A stretch of 63,849 bases of DNA, filler included, from Octopus bimaculoides (lineage: Eukaryota): assembly GCF_001194135.2 (NCBI RefSeq). It is 6 parts of 6 records of this genome, joined end to end, with 100 filler letters (N's around TTAATTAATTAA, not from the genome) between each part and the next. Parts side by side here need not be neighbours in the genome. Positions count along the whole stretch, not along the records: positions 42,752 to 57,175 come from NC_069001.1; positions 57,276 to 63,849 come from NC_068998.1; 4 more parts are not named here. One strand, given 5' to 3'. Within the stretch, counting starts at the first letter, position 1. Each line of letters starts with the position of its first letter. Of the stretch, positions 50,223 through 62,877 are shown piece by piece. The notes beneath the pieces were generated by a model. The model saw only the letters and a list, made by a program, of their open reading frames with translations. It was not told the origin of the DNA and did not search any database. The translations under genes were made by a program, and so were the position numbers.

Positions 50223-51061
50223 GTATGTTTTGTTTTTCTTGCTTTTCTAGCCATATATCTTCAGGCAGCTGTTTTCATTTCCATCTAGTCTGACTTTCTA
50301 CCACAGTTAGAACATATATCTCTGTGACCTTTGCCTCACATATGATATCATGAAAAAAATATTATGGCACTCAAATTAAAATTTATTAAGTTATCTTATT
50401 ATGGCCCAGTGACAAAATGAAAGCTAAAACTGGATGGTCAAATGTGTTAAATATATTATAGAAAAACACAGAATTGGTAACATACATTATTTCAGGTTTA
50501 ATAAAATTTAGCTAATATATAGATCAAACATTCTCTTGATCAGCGGTGCCAAACTCCCCACATTTTTTCGTCCCCATATGGCCCACTTCTGAATCTAATT
50601 ACCTTTGTACCAGGGCTATAGTTGAAGACACTTACTGAAGGTGACATGTAATGGGACTGAACCTAAAACCATGTGGTTGGGAAGCAGACATCTTACCACA
50701 CAACCATGTCTGTGCTTTATTTAAATATAACATATATTTAAAATAAGGACAAGTTGAACTTGGTATCTTCCAGTATTCAGTCTCATAATTTTACATCATC
50801 AGTAAAATTTTCCTTTCATCCTCTGGATTAATAAATACCAGCATTCTACTGGGGTTCCTGTAATTAATAATAACCTTCCTTCACCTTGTGCTTAAATATG
50901 AATCCATTATTATGATGAAAGAAATCTTTCATTTACTTGTTTTTCTCAGTTTAATATATATGAATAGATGACGATGATGTTGACAATTACTACTACTATT
51001 AATAATAATGATGATAATAATAATAATAATAATAATAATAAAATTTCTGATGTTTTTCCAG

Positions 51062-51261
51062 TGGAAATCTTGCAGCTGACTGAGAAGTTATTTGATGATG
51101 TTGAGGAAGACTTCTGTGATGTAAACAACATCAAGCGACTCTTTGAAGAATGGAAAACTAAAAATGCAGAGTCGTACCAGGAAGCTTATATTGGACTTTG
51201 CTTACCAAAATTATTTAATCCTTTTGTGAGACTTGAGTTGATAGATTGGAATCCACTCGAG
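51062..51261 (+). CDS. PAXBP1: PAXBP1 exon (GCFC domain): EILQLTEKLFDDVEEDF...YQEAYIGLCLPKLFNPFVRLELIDWNPLE
   Basis: Acceptor gatgtttttccag|, donor GAG|GTTAGG. 200 nt, phase 1-0. AYIGLCLPKLFNP..RL.L..W.PLE is a GCFC hallmark. Confidence 0.95.
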
Positions 51262-51833
51262 GTTAGGAAAAAAATAAACTTCTTTTTTTTTTTTNNNNNN
51301 NNNNAAAAAAAAACTTCTTTTTTTTTTTTTATATATGATGAAAGAAAATTTGAGTCAAGTGTTTAATTGTGTGATTAAGAAAATTAGGTTTGTGTATGCA
51401 TTTTATATGTATGTGAATGAGTCAGTCCGTAAAGATATGTGGGATACATCTGGGTGTATTAAGGATAGTGGGTGCTCACTTAAGCCCTTTATTCTCTATG
51501 GAGCAGAGGTCATTAACAACTTCTCTCTGCTGTTCTCAAATCAGGGGTCTTCCCTGAGGGAAGGCTTTCATCTTACAGCTCTTGTTAGTTTCAAATTATC
51601 ATCAATCCCCCTCACCCAAATTTCAGGCCTTGTGCCTATAGTAGAAAGGATTATATTGGGTGGTGGATTAGCAAAACCTTTAGAACATCAGTAAAAAATA
51701 TGTCATGTGTTGTTCTGTCTATAACAACGTCTTAAAATTTTTGAGTTCAAATCTTGTATTGATCAATTATGCCTTTAATCTTTCCATGGTCAGTTGTTTT
51801 ATCCTTATTTGTTTTTTCATCTTCTTGTTACAG

Positions 51834-51978
51834 GAAAATGCTAAAGATTTCGAAGATTGTCGGTGGTATGAGTGTTGTGCAATGTATAGCTATCAAGATG
51901 AAAACATTTCACAAGATGAAGATAGCATCAAGTTCATACCAAGTATTGTGGAGAAGGTAATTCTACCTAAGCTAACAG
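51834..51978 (+). CDS. PAXBP1: PAXBP1 exon: ENAKDFEDCRWYECCAMYSYQDENISQDEDSIKFIPSIVEKVILPKLT
   Basis: Acceptor cttcttgttacag|, donor G|GTAAGA. 145 nt, phase 0-1. P.IVEKVILPKLT motif. Confidence 0.95.
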
Positions 51979-52416
51979 GTAAGAGGAGAGAGAAGACAGG
52001 TGTAAAATTGATCAGCAGATAACCTCTGCTGCCATCGCCTCCATCCAAAGATGACCGTTCAGTCGAAATGCATGGATATAATAGGATGTATATTTTCTGT
52101 TTGATTATTTCTTTAATTATGGCTTAAACTGAAGAATAAGGGCTCTGCACATGGCATAACCCTTTTCAGGTTCTCTGAGGCTAGTGAGAAACATCCTCAG
52201 ATCAGAGACCCTGTTGAAATGTTTGCAACAGAGTGAACTCTGTTAAAGGTGATGGTGTTAAATGGTGCAACAGGTTAAGTTTACCATCCTGGGACAGTAT
52301 CTCTCCCTCTCTGACAGGCTTCTATATGTCTGACGAGACTTTGCTGGAAGATATTTGCCCCAGGTGCCATGCAACAGCATATACTAAGTCATCAAGTAAA
52401 TGGGACTTGCATTCTA

Positions 52417-52770
52417 ATTACCTCCGCCTTAACAAAGCAGAGGTATTGTTTTCAGTTGTGTTTGTTTGTTTGCCCGTGGGCAAGATATCTCAAGAACTGC
52501 TGGATGGATTCATATGTAACTTTCAGGGATGTCTGACCTCATGACTGGCACAAACTGATTAGATTTTGGGATCAATCCAATACCGGACAAGGATTCTGGA
52601 TTATTTTTCCTATTTTTGTTTTTACTTAATTTTTGAGAGCTGTCGGGTTCATTTTTAGTATTCCCATTTGTGAGAGCAGTCAAGTTTATTCCAGATATTC
52701 TCATTTTAAAAATCATCCCTGGCTAATCGTTGAGAGCCTTGGCAGAGATTTGCGCTCTCCAAGTACTCAT
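52417..52770 (+). mobile_element. Helentron-type non-autonomous element, copy 2
   Basis: Same 5' end as copy 1; 3' end ccttggcagagatttgcgctctccaagtact is complementary to the 5' subterminal motif. Confidence 0.65.
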
Positions 52771-53064
52771 TACCATTTAATTCAATTACATATGCTCTTT
52801 GTGTCTGCGTTCATAGTTTGAAACACATCAATGAAGTTTTCGATTAGTCACTCAATGAATAATTTAGTATACCATATTTACTTGTGTATCAGTCACACCC
52901 TGTTTCAGTATTAAATCTTAATACATGATTAATTCAAAACAACGTGAATAAATAAGCATTACATTTGACAGAGTAATCTGAATGCTTAAAGGATTAAAAT
53001 AGTGAAACACAACTATATTTACATAACATTAAAACTAACTCTAACATGACTATTTTTATATAGA

Positions 53065-53385
53065 GGAGCTCTCCGTCGGTTATGACAACGAGGGTCCCAG
53101 CTGATACGATCATCTAACAGCTTGCTCGTGAAATTAGCGTGCAAGTGGCTGAGCTCTCCACAGACACATGTACCCTTAACGTAGTTCTCAGGGAGATTCA
53201 GCGTGACGCAGAGTGTGACAAGGCTGGCCCTTTGAAATACAGGTACTACTCATTTTTGTCAGCTGAGTAGACTGGAGCAACGTGAAATAAAGTGTCTTGC
53301 TCAAGGACACAACACGTCACCAGGAATTGAACTCACGACCTTACAATCGTGAGCCGAATGCCTTAACCACTAAGCCATTTGCCTT
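53065..53385 (-). mobile_element. tRNA-type SINE family C (representative copy)
   Basis: A-box TGGCTTAGTGG, B-box GAGTTCAATTCC. Other copies or variants approx.: 5700-5938(-), 10690-10900(+), 29240-29540(-), 31745-31957(-), 35358-35520(+), 35600-35910(+), 42300-42555(+), 54945-55110(+). Confidence 0.85.
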
Positions 53386-53698
53386 GTTGCCAGTACCGCC
53401 TGACTGGCTCCTGTAGGATTTTCGAGCGAGATCGTTGCCAGTGCCCCTGGACTGGCTTGTGCGGGTGGCACATAAAAGACACCATTTCGAGCGTGGCCGT
53501 TTTCGTGCGGGTGACACGTAAAAGCACCCACTACACTCTCTGAGTGGTTGGCGTTAGGAAGGGCATCCAGCTGTAGAAACTCTGCCAAATCAGACTGGAG
53601 CCTGGTGTTGCCATCCGGTTTCACCAGTCCTCAGTCAAATCGTCCAACCCATGCTAGCATGGAAAGCGGACGTTAAACGATGATGATGATGATGATGA
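53386..53698 (+). mobile_element. Short interspersed family D ending ...ggaaagcggacgttaaac(GAT)n (RTE-type tail)
   Basis: Highly similar copies approx.: 2905-3200(+), 6130-6400(+), 54185-54435(-), 56958-57175(-). Their recurring 'MKPDG...LQLDALPNANHSES' ORFs are repeat-derived. Confidence 0.8.
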
Positions 53699-54727
53699 TC
53701 AGATATACAGTAGCAGGTGCCCATGTAATGCTTACATAGCAATAGCACTAACTCCAATGTAACTGCTGTTATATATGAAGTGGATATCAGCTATACAATG
53801 ATAAATGTCTATTAATTCCAATATCCCCATTGTTATACAGAATGCACATGATAAATGTCTGCTGTTTTGCATCCTTCACCAGTTTAACTGAGATGAATGT
53901 TATTTAGTTGTTGATTATGCAACCTTGATATAATCTGGCCCTGGTATGACAGATGATTAGAGACAGATTAAGGTGGATGTTGTTGAAAATGTTTGTCATT
54001 CATTAATCGCTAAGCTCTCATTATTTTGTGCTATCAATAACATAAGGTATTTAGATAAGAGTTATTGCAATATTCATCTGTAAGGAAAGTGATGAGGATT
54101 TTAGCAAGACTGAAAGTTGTGATCCTCTGATAATTTGTTTTTTTTTTTCTGTTCAACTTCCAAAATATTCTTCCATACAGCTTGTCGTCGGCGTTTAACG
54201 TCCGCTTTCCATGCTAGCATGGGTTGGACGATTTGACTGAGGACTGGTGAAACCAGATGGCTACACCAGGCTCCAATCTGATTTGGCAGAGTTTCTACAG
54301 CTGGATGCCCTTCCTAACGCCAACCACTCAGAGAGTATAGTGGGTGCTTTTACGTGTCACCCGCACGAAGGCCAGTCAGGCGGTACTGGCAACGGCCACG
54401 CTCATCTCGCTCGAGAAACCTCATGTGTCACCTGCACGAAACATGTTATTTTCTAAACTGTAAAATATTTGTAATTTAGCAAAATTTATGTATGTGTATA
54501 TGTTTATATATATGGTGTGTGGGTGTGTGTGTATGTATGTGTGTGTTTATATATATATGAGTGTGTGTGGTGTATGTGTTTGTATATATGTGTGTGTGTA
54601 TGTATGTATATATATATGTGTGTGTATGTATATCTGTCTGTCTGTGTGTGTATGTGCATGTCTGTATAATATTGACTTGAAGTATTATTACAAGCCTTTA
54701 CAGTGCAAGTTATTTTCTCATTTCTAG

Positions 54728-54846
54728 TCATAGCTGTTGATGTTTGGGATCCTCTGTCAACGTCACAGACGTCGCGATTTGTCAACCTGGTACAGCGGTT
54801 GTGTCAAGATTACCCCACTGTTCACGGAGAAAGCAAAAACACACAG
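54728..54846 (+). CDS. PAXBP1: PAXBP1 exon: (V)IAVDVWDPLSTSQTSRFVNLVQRLCQDYPTVHGESKNTQ
   Basis: Acceptor ttctcatttctag|, donor CAG|GTACGT. 119 nt, phase 1-0. WDP.ST.QTSR motif. An in-frame upstream AG at 54702-54703 is a possible alternative acceptor. Confidence 0.93.
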
Positions 54847-55664
54847 GTACGTCTGTACACTAACATATACAACCGACCATTTGTGATTCTTTAACTGACC
54901 ATGATATTGTGTTAGATTTATTACTCATCACCTTGGTCTTATGTGGAGCTGTATGGCTTAGTGGTTAGGATGTTAGACTCATGACCATAAGATTGTGGTT
55001 TCAATTCCTGACCATGCGATGTGTTGTGCTCTTGAGCAAGACACTTCATTTCAATTTGTTCTAGTCCACTCCACTGGTAAAAATGTGTAATCCTGTGATA
55101 AACTGGCCCTGTGCTCCTTATGGAGTGATGTAGACTAACCGACCTTGGTCCTTTAAGATTCATCTGCATTATTTAACATCTATTTCCCATGGTGGCATGG
55201 TTTCTACAGCTGGGAGCACCTTCCTAACACCAACCACTTTACAGTGTGTACTGCATGCTTTTTGTGTGGCACCAGTACCAGTGAGGTTACCAAGTAATCT
55301 GCAAGACAAGAGCCCTCGATTGTGGAAGGTGTATTGAGGGAATTGACTGAATGCTAGGTGGCGGAATGCTAGATTATGATAGCAAGAGAGGAACAGGTGT
55401 CTTGTTGTAAAAGATATTCATGGTTACCCCAGTTGGAAAAGAAAGGAGGTGATGGGGAAAATGTGTCAAGTTACAGAAAGTTACAGAAATCGTGCCAAGG
55501 CTAAGAAAAAAGTGCTGGGTTGTTGTGAACCAGACAACAGTAGATTAAGGCCCTTTCCACAACTGCCATTTTACCCTGCTGTTGGGAGAAGAATGGACAG
55601 GCAGGGACTCTTTTTCAAGATTCTTAAGTATTTTGTATTTTTGTTTTGTTTTTTTTTCTGACAG

Positions 55665-55741
55665 GCATTATTGCAGGCACTGGTTGAGAGGATGAAAAAG
55701 ACGTTGGATGATGATGTTTTCATGCCACTCTACCTTAAATC
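55665..55741 (+). CDS. PAXBP1: PAXBP1 exon: ALLQALVERMKKTLDDDVFMPLYLK(S)
   Basis: Acceptor tttttttctgacag|, donor TC|GTGAGT. 77 nt, phase 0-2. TLDDDVFMPLY motif. Confidence 0.93.
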
Positions 55742-55746
55742 GTGAG

Positions 55747-55805
<59 letters not shown>

Positions 55806-55924
55806 TCTCCCCCCCTCTCTCCCCTTCTCCCTCTCTCTCTCTCCCTCTCCCTCTCTCTCTCTCTCCCTCTCTCTCTCTTTCTCCTTTTGAGTGTAGTATT
55901 GGCATATATTTTCTTTTCCTTTAG

Positions 55925-55991
55925 GATCTTGGAAAATCGGTCCAGTGGTCCAGCTGTATTCTTCCACCGACAGTCTTGGAGTTGCATTAAA
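55925..55991 (+). CDS. PAXBP1: PAXBP1 exon: ILENRSSGPAVFFHRQSWSCIK
   Basis: Acceptor tttcttttcctttag|, donor AAA|GTAAGT. 67 nt, phase 2-0. LEN..SGP..FF.RQ.WS..K. Confidence 0.93.
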
Positions 55992-56320
55992 GTAAGTGAT
56001 CTCCTATAAAGTTTTGTTTTTATTTTGTTAAGAAGCTTTAGGCATTTCTTTATTTTGATTCTTTAGGCTCACCGATTAGTGTTTGAGCATGTTGACCTGA
56101 CTTCTAAAAAATCATGGAAATGTGTGTTCTAGAATATGGCATAACAATCAGAAGGGGTTTTGTTCTTTGTGCAAATTGTAATAAAATGTGGATTGTGTGG
56201 ATCTCCGGGGTCAGTCTAAATGTCAAAAACTTTGCAAATATTAAATAATGGAGACCATTTAGTTTCATCATATGTTCTCATGCGTTCATTTCTCACCAGA
56301 GTTTTCTTCTCTCTTTTCAG

Positions 56321-56467
56321 CTGTTAGGGAATATCCTGAGCTGGTATCGAATCCTGGCTACGAAAATGTTGCACAGCCTGGCTTTGGAAGGGTTACTGAA
56401 TCGTTATATTCTCTTGGGTCTGCAGACTTCTCCACTCAATGCAGAAGTCTTGCAGAAATGCTCAGCG
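56321..56467 (+). CDS. PAXBP1: PAXBP1 exon: LLGNILSWYRILATKMLHSLALEGLLNRYILLGLQTSPLNAEVLQKCSA
   Basis: Acceptor cttctctcttttcag|, donor GCG|GTAAGG. 147 nt, phase 0-0. LLGN...W...GLLNRYIL motif. Terminal exons not found in the window. Confidence 0.93.
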
Positions 56468-57985
56468 GTAAGGTGACTTAACTTCGAATTGAACTATATT
56501 TTGGTGAACCTGACTTCCTGAAGACTGTTGTGCATGAGAATACTGAAGATTTTTTTGTTTAGGTACAGGGCTAATTTTATGTACAGCAAGGAGACGTAGT
56601 TGATTCTAGTGTATGTCTCTCTATATGTATGTATGTATGTATATATATATATATGTGAGAAATTAGGATGAGAAAGGAATAAACAATTGTGATGAACTTC
56701 ATTAGCTTACAGCTGTTTCTGCTACAAGGTGCAATGCAGTCATAGTCAAGTGCTTGAGTGTCACCCTCAGTATATTCACATGACGCTTCGTACTGAGTCA
56801 TATGCATATTGAATTCTAGCAAGTTATTAGCATTGCGCTGCCTAAGCAAAATATTAAAATATAAGGCCTGGTTGGAGGCCCAACCTTCTGAGTTCTTTTA
56901 CAGGGTTTAGAAAACCTGAAGGACTGCTGTAGTAAGTGTGTGAACCTGAGATGGGAATCATCATCGTTTAACGTCCGCTTTCCATGCTAGCATGGATTGG
57001 ACGATTCGACTGAGGACTGGTGAAACCGGATGGCAACACCAGGCTCCAATCTAATTTGGCAGTTTCTACAGCTGGATGCCCTTCCTAACGCCAACCACTC
57101 AGAGAGTGTAGTGGGTGCTTTTACGTGTCACCAGCACGAAAACGGCCACGCTCGAAATGGTGTCTTTTATGTGCCNNNNNNNNNNNNNNNNNNNNNNNNN
57201 NNNNNNNNNNNNNNNNNNNTTAATTAATTAANNNNNNNNNNNNNNNNNNNNNNNNNNNNNNNNNNNNNNNNNNNNATATATATTATTATTAATGTATATG
57301 TTTTTGTACATTCAGATCTAAATGTTCAATGATTTCAGTGATGTCACTCTACAATGGGTTGTTATATGAGTAGGGTTTAGCTGGGGTTTAGCTGCATAGA
57401 TAGTCGGGTGACAGGATTATTAGCTAGGTGAGTGCAACCATGGATTAATGGGAAAATAAAACACAACAAAGAAGATAGAAAAGAAATCGAAATGAGAAAA
57501 CAACAACATTACGAGAATGTCCAAATAACAGTAATAGGAAAGTATAAGATTTTAATTGTTAGAGAACATGCAGAGATGTGGCTTGTTAATAGAGGCTGAC
57601 AAGCCAACTTAGTATGTAGTTGCGTGCTTGTCACTTTTCGATTTATTTCTGCTAAACTAGTAAAAAGAAAAAGAAAAAGAAGTAAACACTGAAAAGAATG
57701 GAAACAGAAATAAATAAATAAATAAATGAATAAATGTATTGCCGGAGGCGAGTAAGCAGACTATGATTGGAATTAAGGAAACGATATTCATACATACAGA
57801 AATACATTGATACACACATTCATACACAGGTCGAGCGCGCGCAGCCGCATGTACGAATTGTATTAGACACACTAATGCGTATATATGTATGTATGTATAA
57901 ATGTGCTCGAATATATTCATATATATATAGATATAGATAGATAGATAGATAGATAGATAAATAGCTACACATGTATAAACACACG

Positions 57986-58025
<40 letters not shown>

Positions 58026-58070
58026 NNNNNNNNNNATCTATCTGTACACACATACACATACAGAATTGTA

Positions 58071-58108
<38 letters not shown>

Positions 58109-58329
58109 TGTGTGGGTGTGTGTGTGTTTGTGTGTGGGTGTGTGTGTATCTGTCTGTTTGTGTCTGTGTCTGCGTCTATGCAATCCTAAACGGATCTACA
58201 ATAAGATGTATTTACTATTTTGTTTACATAGATATTTCTGAAATGTCACTTAAGGATTTTTGCCATAAGTCATAGAAAGACGTTGGTGATATTGTTCGTA
58301 CGTTTTTAGGGAAGATGAATGTAACATTT

Positions 58330-58720
58330 CCTATACACCGTTTCGCATGAGAAACGTATGGATTTCTGTGAACACGTATAAAGTTCCCAGTATTGAAAAA
58401 AAAAAAAAAAAATCACAAGGAAAGAATACAAGAATACAAGCGGCCGACATGGAATTACTACTTAATAGCTACTGGATAGGTGCCTCCCTTACTCCAAGTT
58501 GTGCCAATACTTCTTCGCATCGAGAAGTCACTGCTCCGGTACAAAATACATGTGATCAAAATGTCAAATGACAGTACACCAAAGAGGTAGGTGATCATGA
58601 ACAAGATGGTTGGATAATATCGATAGTTTCATTTGATCACGTTTGGAAATCCAACTGGAAGGTGTAAGGACAGTTGTCTCTGAAAGGACCCTATGGTGGA
58701 GGTGCCTGAGGATTCTACCC
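58330..58720 (+). mobile_element. RTE-clade LINE 3' remnant
   Basis: Degenerate RIQAADMEL and downstream HV...W.P.G-like remnants. Similar RTE scraps lie at about 44600-44850(-), 46790-46870(+, ILYGSET) and 14210-14280(-). Confidence 0.45.
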
Positions 58721-59365
58721 CAAAGACAGCTCGAGCATTAGAGATCTGAGACGGATAACATTTTCTAACGTAAAAACGTGGAGTTTTTTATTGTGATTTA
58801 AACACAGTTGTGATCCAGATATGTATGCAACCGGAAAAATCTCGCATTGCTAAATTTTACATAGGGATATCTTCACAGATTCAACCTTAAATGACTTTTA
58901 TATTTACTGCGTTAAACTAGTAAACAGATATACAGATAATTAGAAGAACAGGTGTAGGCGCGGCTATGTGACAAGAATCTTGCTTCCCAACCACGTTTCC
59001 GGACGTTCAGTCTCAATTCACGGCGACTTCGGCAAGTGTTCTCCACAGTAGTCCCGTACTCCCGTCCGAGCAATACCTTGTGAGTCATTTTGGCAGAAGA
59101 AAACTTACAATAAACCCGTCGTATATATATATATATATATATATATATACNNNNNNNNNNTGTGCGTGTGTGTCTTCGTCCTAGTCGTTTACTACCGCTT
59201 GACATCCAATGCTGGTTTGATTATGTCCCCCGTCAGTTAGCACTTCGGTAAAAGAAACTGAGTAACTACCAGATTTTAAAATAGGTATTAGAGTCGATTT
59301 GTTCGACTAAAACATTCAAGACGGTGCCCCTACATGGCCAAATTACAGAAACTGGAAGATATATA

Positions 59366-60425
59366 CACAGATGGCATGACAGAAGTAAATAGACAGCCTT
59401 ATAATCATCTAAATTTATTTACATCTGAAATTATACATTCAAATTATTTATTCATTGTTATAATGTGAATATATAATATTTAGTAGACATCACCTTTGCA
59501 TTCTTAAATGCAAGGATCCTGTTAGGCGTGTTACTGATCATCAGATGGCGGATATTCTCTTGCGGAATTTCTTGAGATGTTTCATGCAGTAATCTCAAAA
59601 GATCTGGCTTTGAAAATGTTTTCGTGTTCTTTTTCTGAAACGTCCTCTCCATCAGGTCTCAGACGTGTTCAATAGTGTTCATATCTGGCGACTGGCCTGG
59701 CCCTGGAAAACTTTTAATGGCATTCTCATCCAACAAATATAGGGTCATTTTAGCTGTGTGACAAGGAGCCCCATCCTCCATAAATAAAAAGTCTTCTTTA
59801 GTCATTTCACCACAGAAGATTGGAAGGAGTTCTTTTTGCAATACAGACACGTATTTATCTGATTTTATGTTTCCCTCACACTCCACCAGCTCTGATCAAC
59901 CATTGCTCCAAATTGCTCCGCAGACCATAACAGAATAGCTGCCGTGATACATTGTTGGCTGTAATCTTTTCCCATCAAATTCTTGATCACAATCTCCAGC
60001 CCCACACTCGATAATTGTCAGAAAAAACAGCAAATCTGCACTCAACAGGAAATATGACAGTGTCCCAAAATGCTAGTGGTTTCTTCACCATCTCACTGGC
60101 ATAATCTTTTCTCCACTTGATGTTGGCTGATCGAAGAAGTGGCTTCCTTCACATCTCTGGTAAATTGCACAATCATTCTATTAACTATAGAAGCGGGATC
60201 CCAAGGTTTTCTGCGATTTTACGCCTCAGAATGACCCACAATACGGCCTCTTTGAAATTCAGACAGTTCCAAGGCTTCTTTTGTACATGGCATGATTAAA
60301 CAGTCACAAATATAACCTGAAACATAAAATTGTCAATTAATAAAAAAAAATGTGAAACTTAAGAAGCTAAAATAAACATACAACGATACTTTATGGTGTG
60401 TCTATTTACTTCTGTCATGTATGTG
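59366..60425 (-). mobile_element. Tc1-family (DD34E) defective transposon with both TIRs and TA flanks
   Basis: FMEDGAPCHTAK...GQSPDMNTIEHV and ...PNRILAFKNAKVMSTKY*. Identical 21-nt TIR core catgacagaagtaaatagaca at 59375-59395 and inverted at 60399-60419; TA at 59364-65 and 60426-27. Confidence 0.88.
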
Positions 60426-60748
60426 TATATATGAAAAGTATAAAAGAAGTGAATAAAATGGAAGCTAACCTCTAATAACTATCTTCATTCTTGTAACTTC
60501 GATGAATCGTTCACCCTCACGAGACAATTGTCTTCCATGATACTGTATCAGTTTTCATTTACATCCCAACTGACTATACGTTGTCTATTGTGTTGGCTCT
60601 TGACGTTTTCATTGTAATGTCCATCTAATTTCCTTTCAGTTTTGTATAAGTCTGTGCGTGTGTGTGGTGTGTGTATACATATATATATACATATATATAA
60701 ATACGTATATATGTGTGTGTGTATGTATATATTTGTGCGTGTGTGTGC

Positions 60749-60783
<35 letters not shown>

Positions 60784-62794
60784 TACACTCACGCTTACGC
60801 ATTTGTATGTATGCATATACACAAATATAGACACGTGTATATATGCATACCTATACATTTATTCACGCAGATACACATGCATATATGTATGAGCATAAAA
60901 CACCAATGTATAATATATATATCTATTATATATAGGCATATATTTCCATATATATGCATGTATATATATATGCATATTAACTACATAATACACACATCTT
61001 GCACATGTGTGCCTACGTGTGTATGTGTGTGTGTGTGTGTGTGTGCGTGCGTGTGTGTAAATGCATACATATATAAGCGAATATGTAAAAGTTGTTTTAG
61101 CTTAAATTAGCTGAATCCACGGTATACTGGTTGTCATTATTTCTTTATTATCTTCGAGTAATCAACTGTAGTATTTTCTGGCCTTTTCGTCAAAGGTGGA
61201 ATTAGACTTAAAACCAATAAATACAATGGTAATACTTACTCTATGTTACACTTGTTACGGCATCATCAAACCTTTTCTATTAATCTGGTTGTAAATTGTT
61301 CAATCTCGAGAAAGTAATTTTAGCCTGGTGAAGTAATTTACAGATAATAAGCCATTATGTAAACACATTCTTTGGAATGACAAATGTATATAAGATGTAT
61401 GCAGAGTGCTGTTCTTCAAGAGAGGATAGCATTCTATAGGTTATCATTGGATATTGTGGCTTGTCCTGTTTTCGAAAAATAGGTAAAATACTTACGGTGT
61501 TTACGTAAAAGGTACTAAAAATGGCCTAATTTGTTGCAGGGGTATCCATTACCACTTTAATATAATCGAAAGTGAGGGGTTTTGACATGCAATATGCACA
61601 AGTTTCGAGTGTCGTTGTCTCGCACTTGGCGTGTTGTTGGAAGACATTCTCGTTTATATGTCGTATACTATTTAACTTTCGATAAGTATATCTCTAGTTC
61701 TCTCTTTCTCTCTCACTCTCTCTCTCTTTCTTTCTCTTTCTCTCTCTGCATATATATACTTACATATATGCACACATACATAAATACATCCATATATATA
61801 CATACATACATACATATATNNNNNNNNNNNNNNNNNNNNNNNNNNNNNNNNNNNNNNNNNNNNNNNNNNNNNNNNNNNNNNNNNNNNNNNNNNNNNNNNN
61901 NNNNNNNNNNNNNNNNNNNNNNNNNNNNNNNNNNNNNNNNNNNNNNNNNNNNNNNNNNNNNNNNNNNNNNNNNNNNNNNNNNNNNNNNNNNNNNNNNNNN
62001 NNNNNNNNNNNNNNNNNNNNNNNNNNNNNNNNNNNNNNNNNNNNNNNNNNNNNNNNNNNNNNNNNNNNNNNNNNNNNNNNNNNNNNNNNNNNNNNNNNNN
62101 NNNNNNNNNNNNNNNNNNNNNNNNNNNNNNNNNNNNNNNNNNNNNNNNNNNNNNNNNNNNNNNNNNNNNNNNNNNNNNNNNNNNNNNNNNNNNNNNNNNN
62201 NNNNNNNNNNNNNNNNNNNNNNNNNNNNNNNNNNNNNNNNNNNNNNNNNNNNNNNNNNNNNNNNNNNNNNNNNNNNNNNNNNNNNNNNNNNNNNNNNNNN
62301 NNNNNNNNNNNNNNNNNNNNNNNNNNNNNNNNNNNNNNNNNNNNNNNNNNNNNNNNNNNNNNNNNNNNNNNNNNNNNNNNNNNNNNNNNNNNNNNNNNNN
62401 NNNNNNNNNNNNNNNNNNNNNNNNNNNNNNNNNNNNNNNNNNNNNNNNNNNNNNNNNNNNNNNNNNNNNNNNNNNNNNNNNNNNNNNNNNNNNNNNNNNN
62501 NNNNNNNNNNNNNNNNNNNNNNNNNNNNNNNNNNNNNNNNNNNNNNNNNNNNNNNNNNNNNNNNNNNNNNNNNNNNNNNNNNNNNNNNNNNNNNNNNNNN
62601 NNNNNNNNNNNNNNNNNNNNNNNNNNNNNNNNNNNNNNNNNNNNNNNNNNNNNNNNNNNNNNNNNNNNNNNNNNNNNNNNNNNNNNNNNNNNNNNNNNNN
62701 NNNNNNNNNNNNNNNNNNNNNNNNNNNNNNNNNNNNNNNNNNNNNNNNNNNNNNNNNNNNNNNNNTATATATATATATATTTATATATATATAC

Positions 62795-62877
<83 letters not shown>

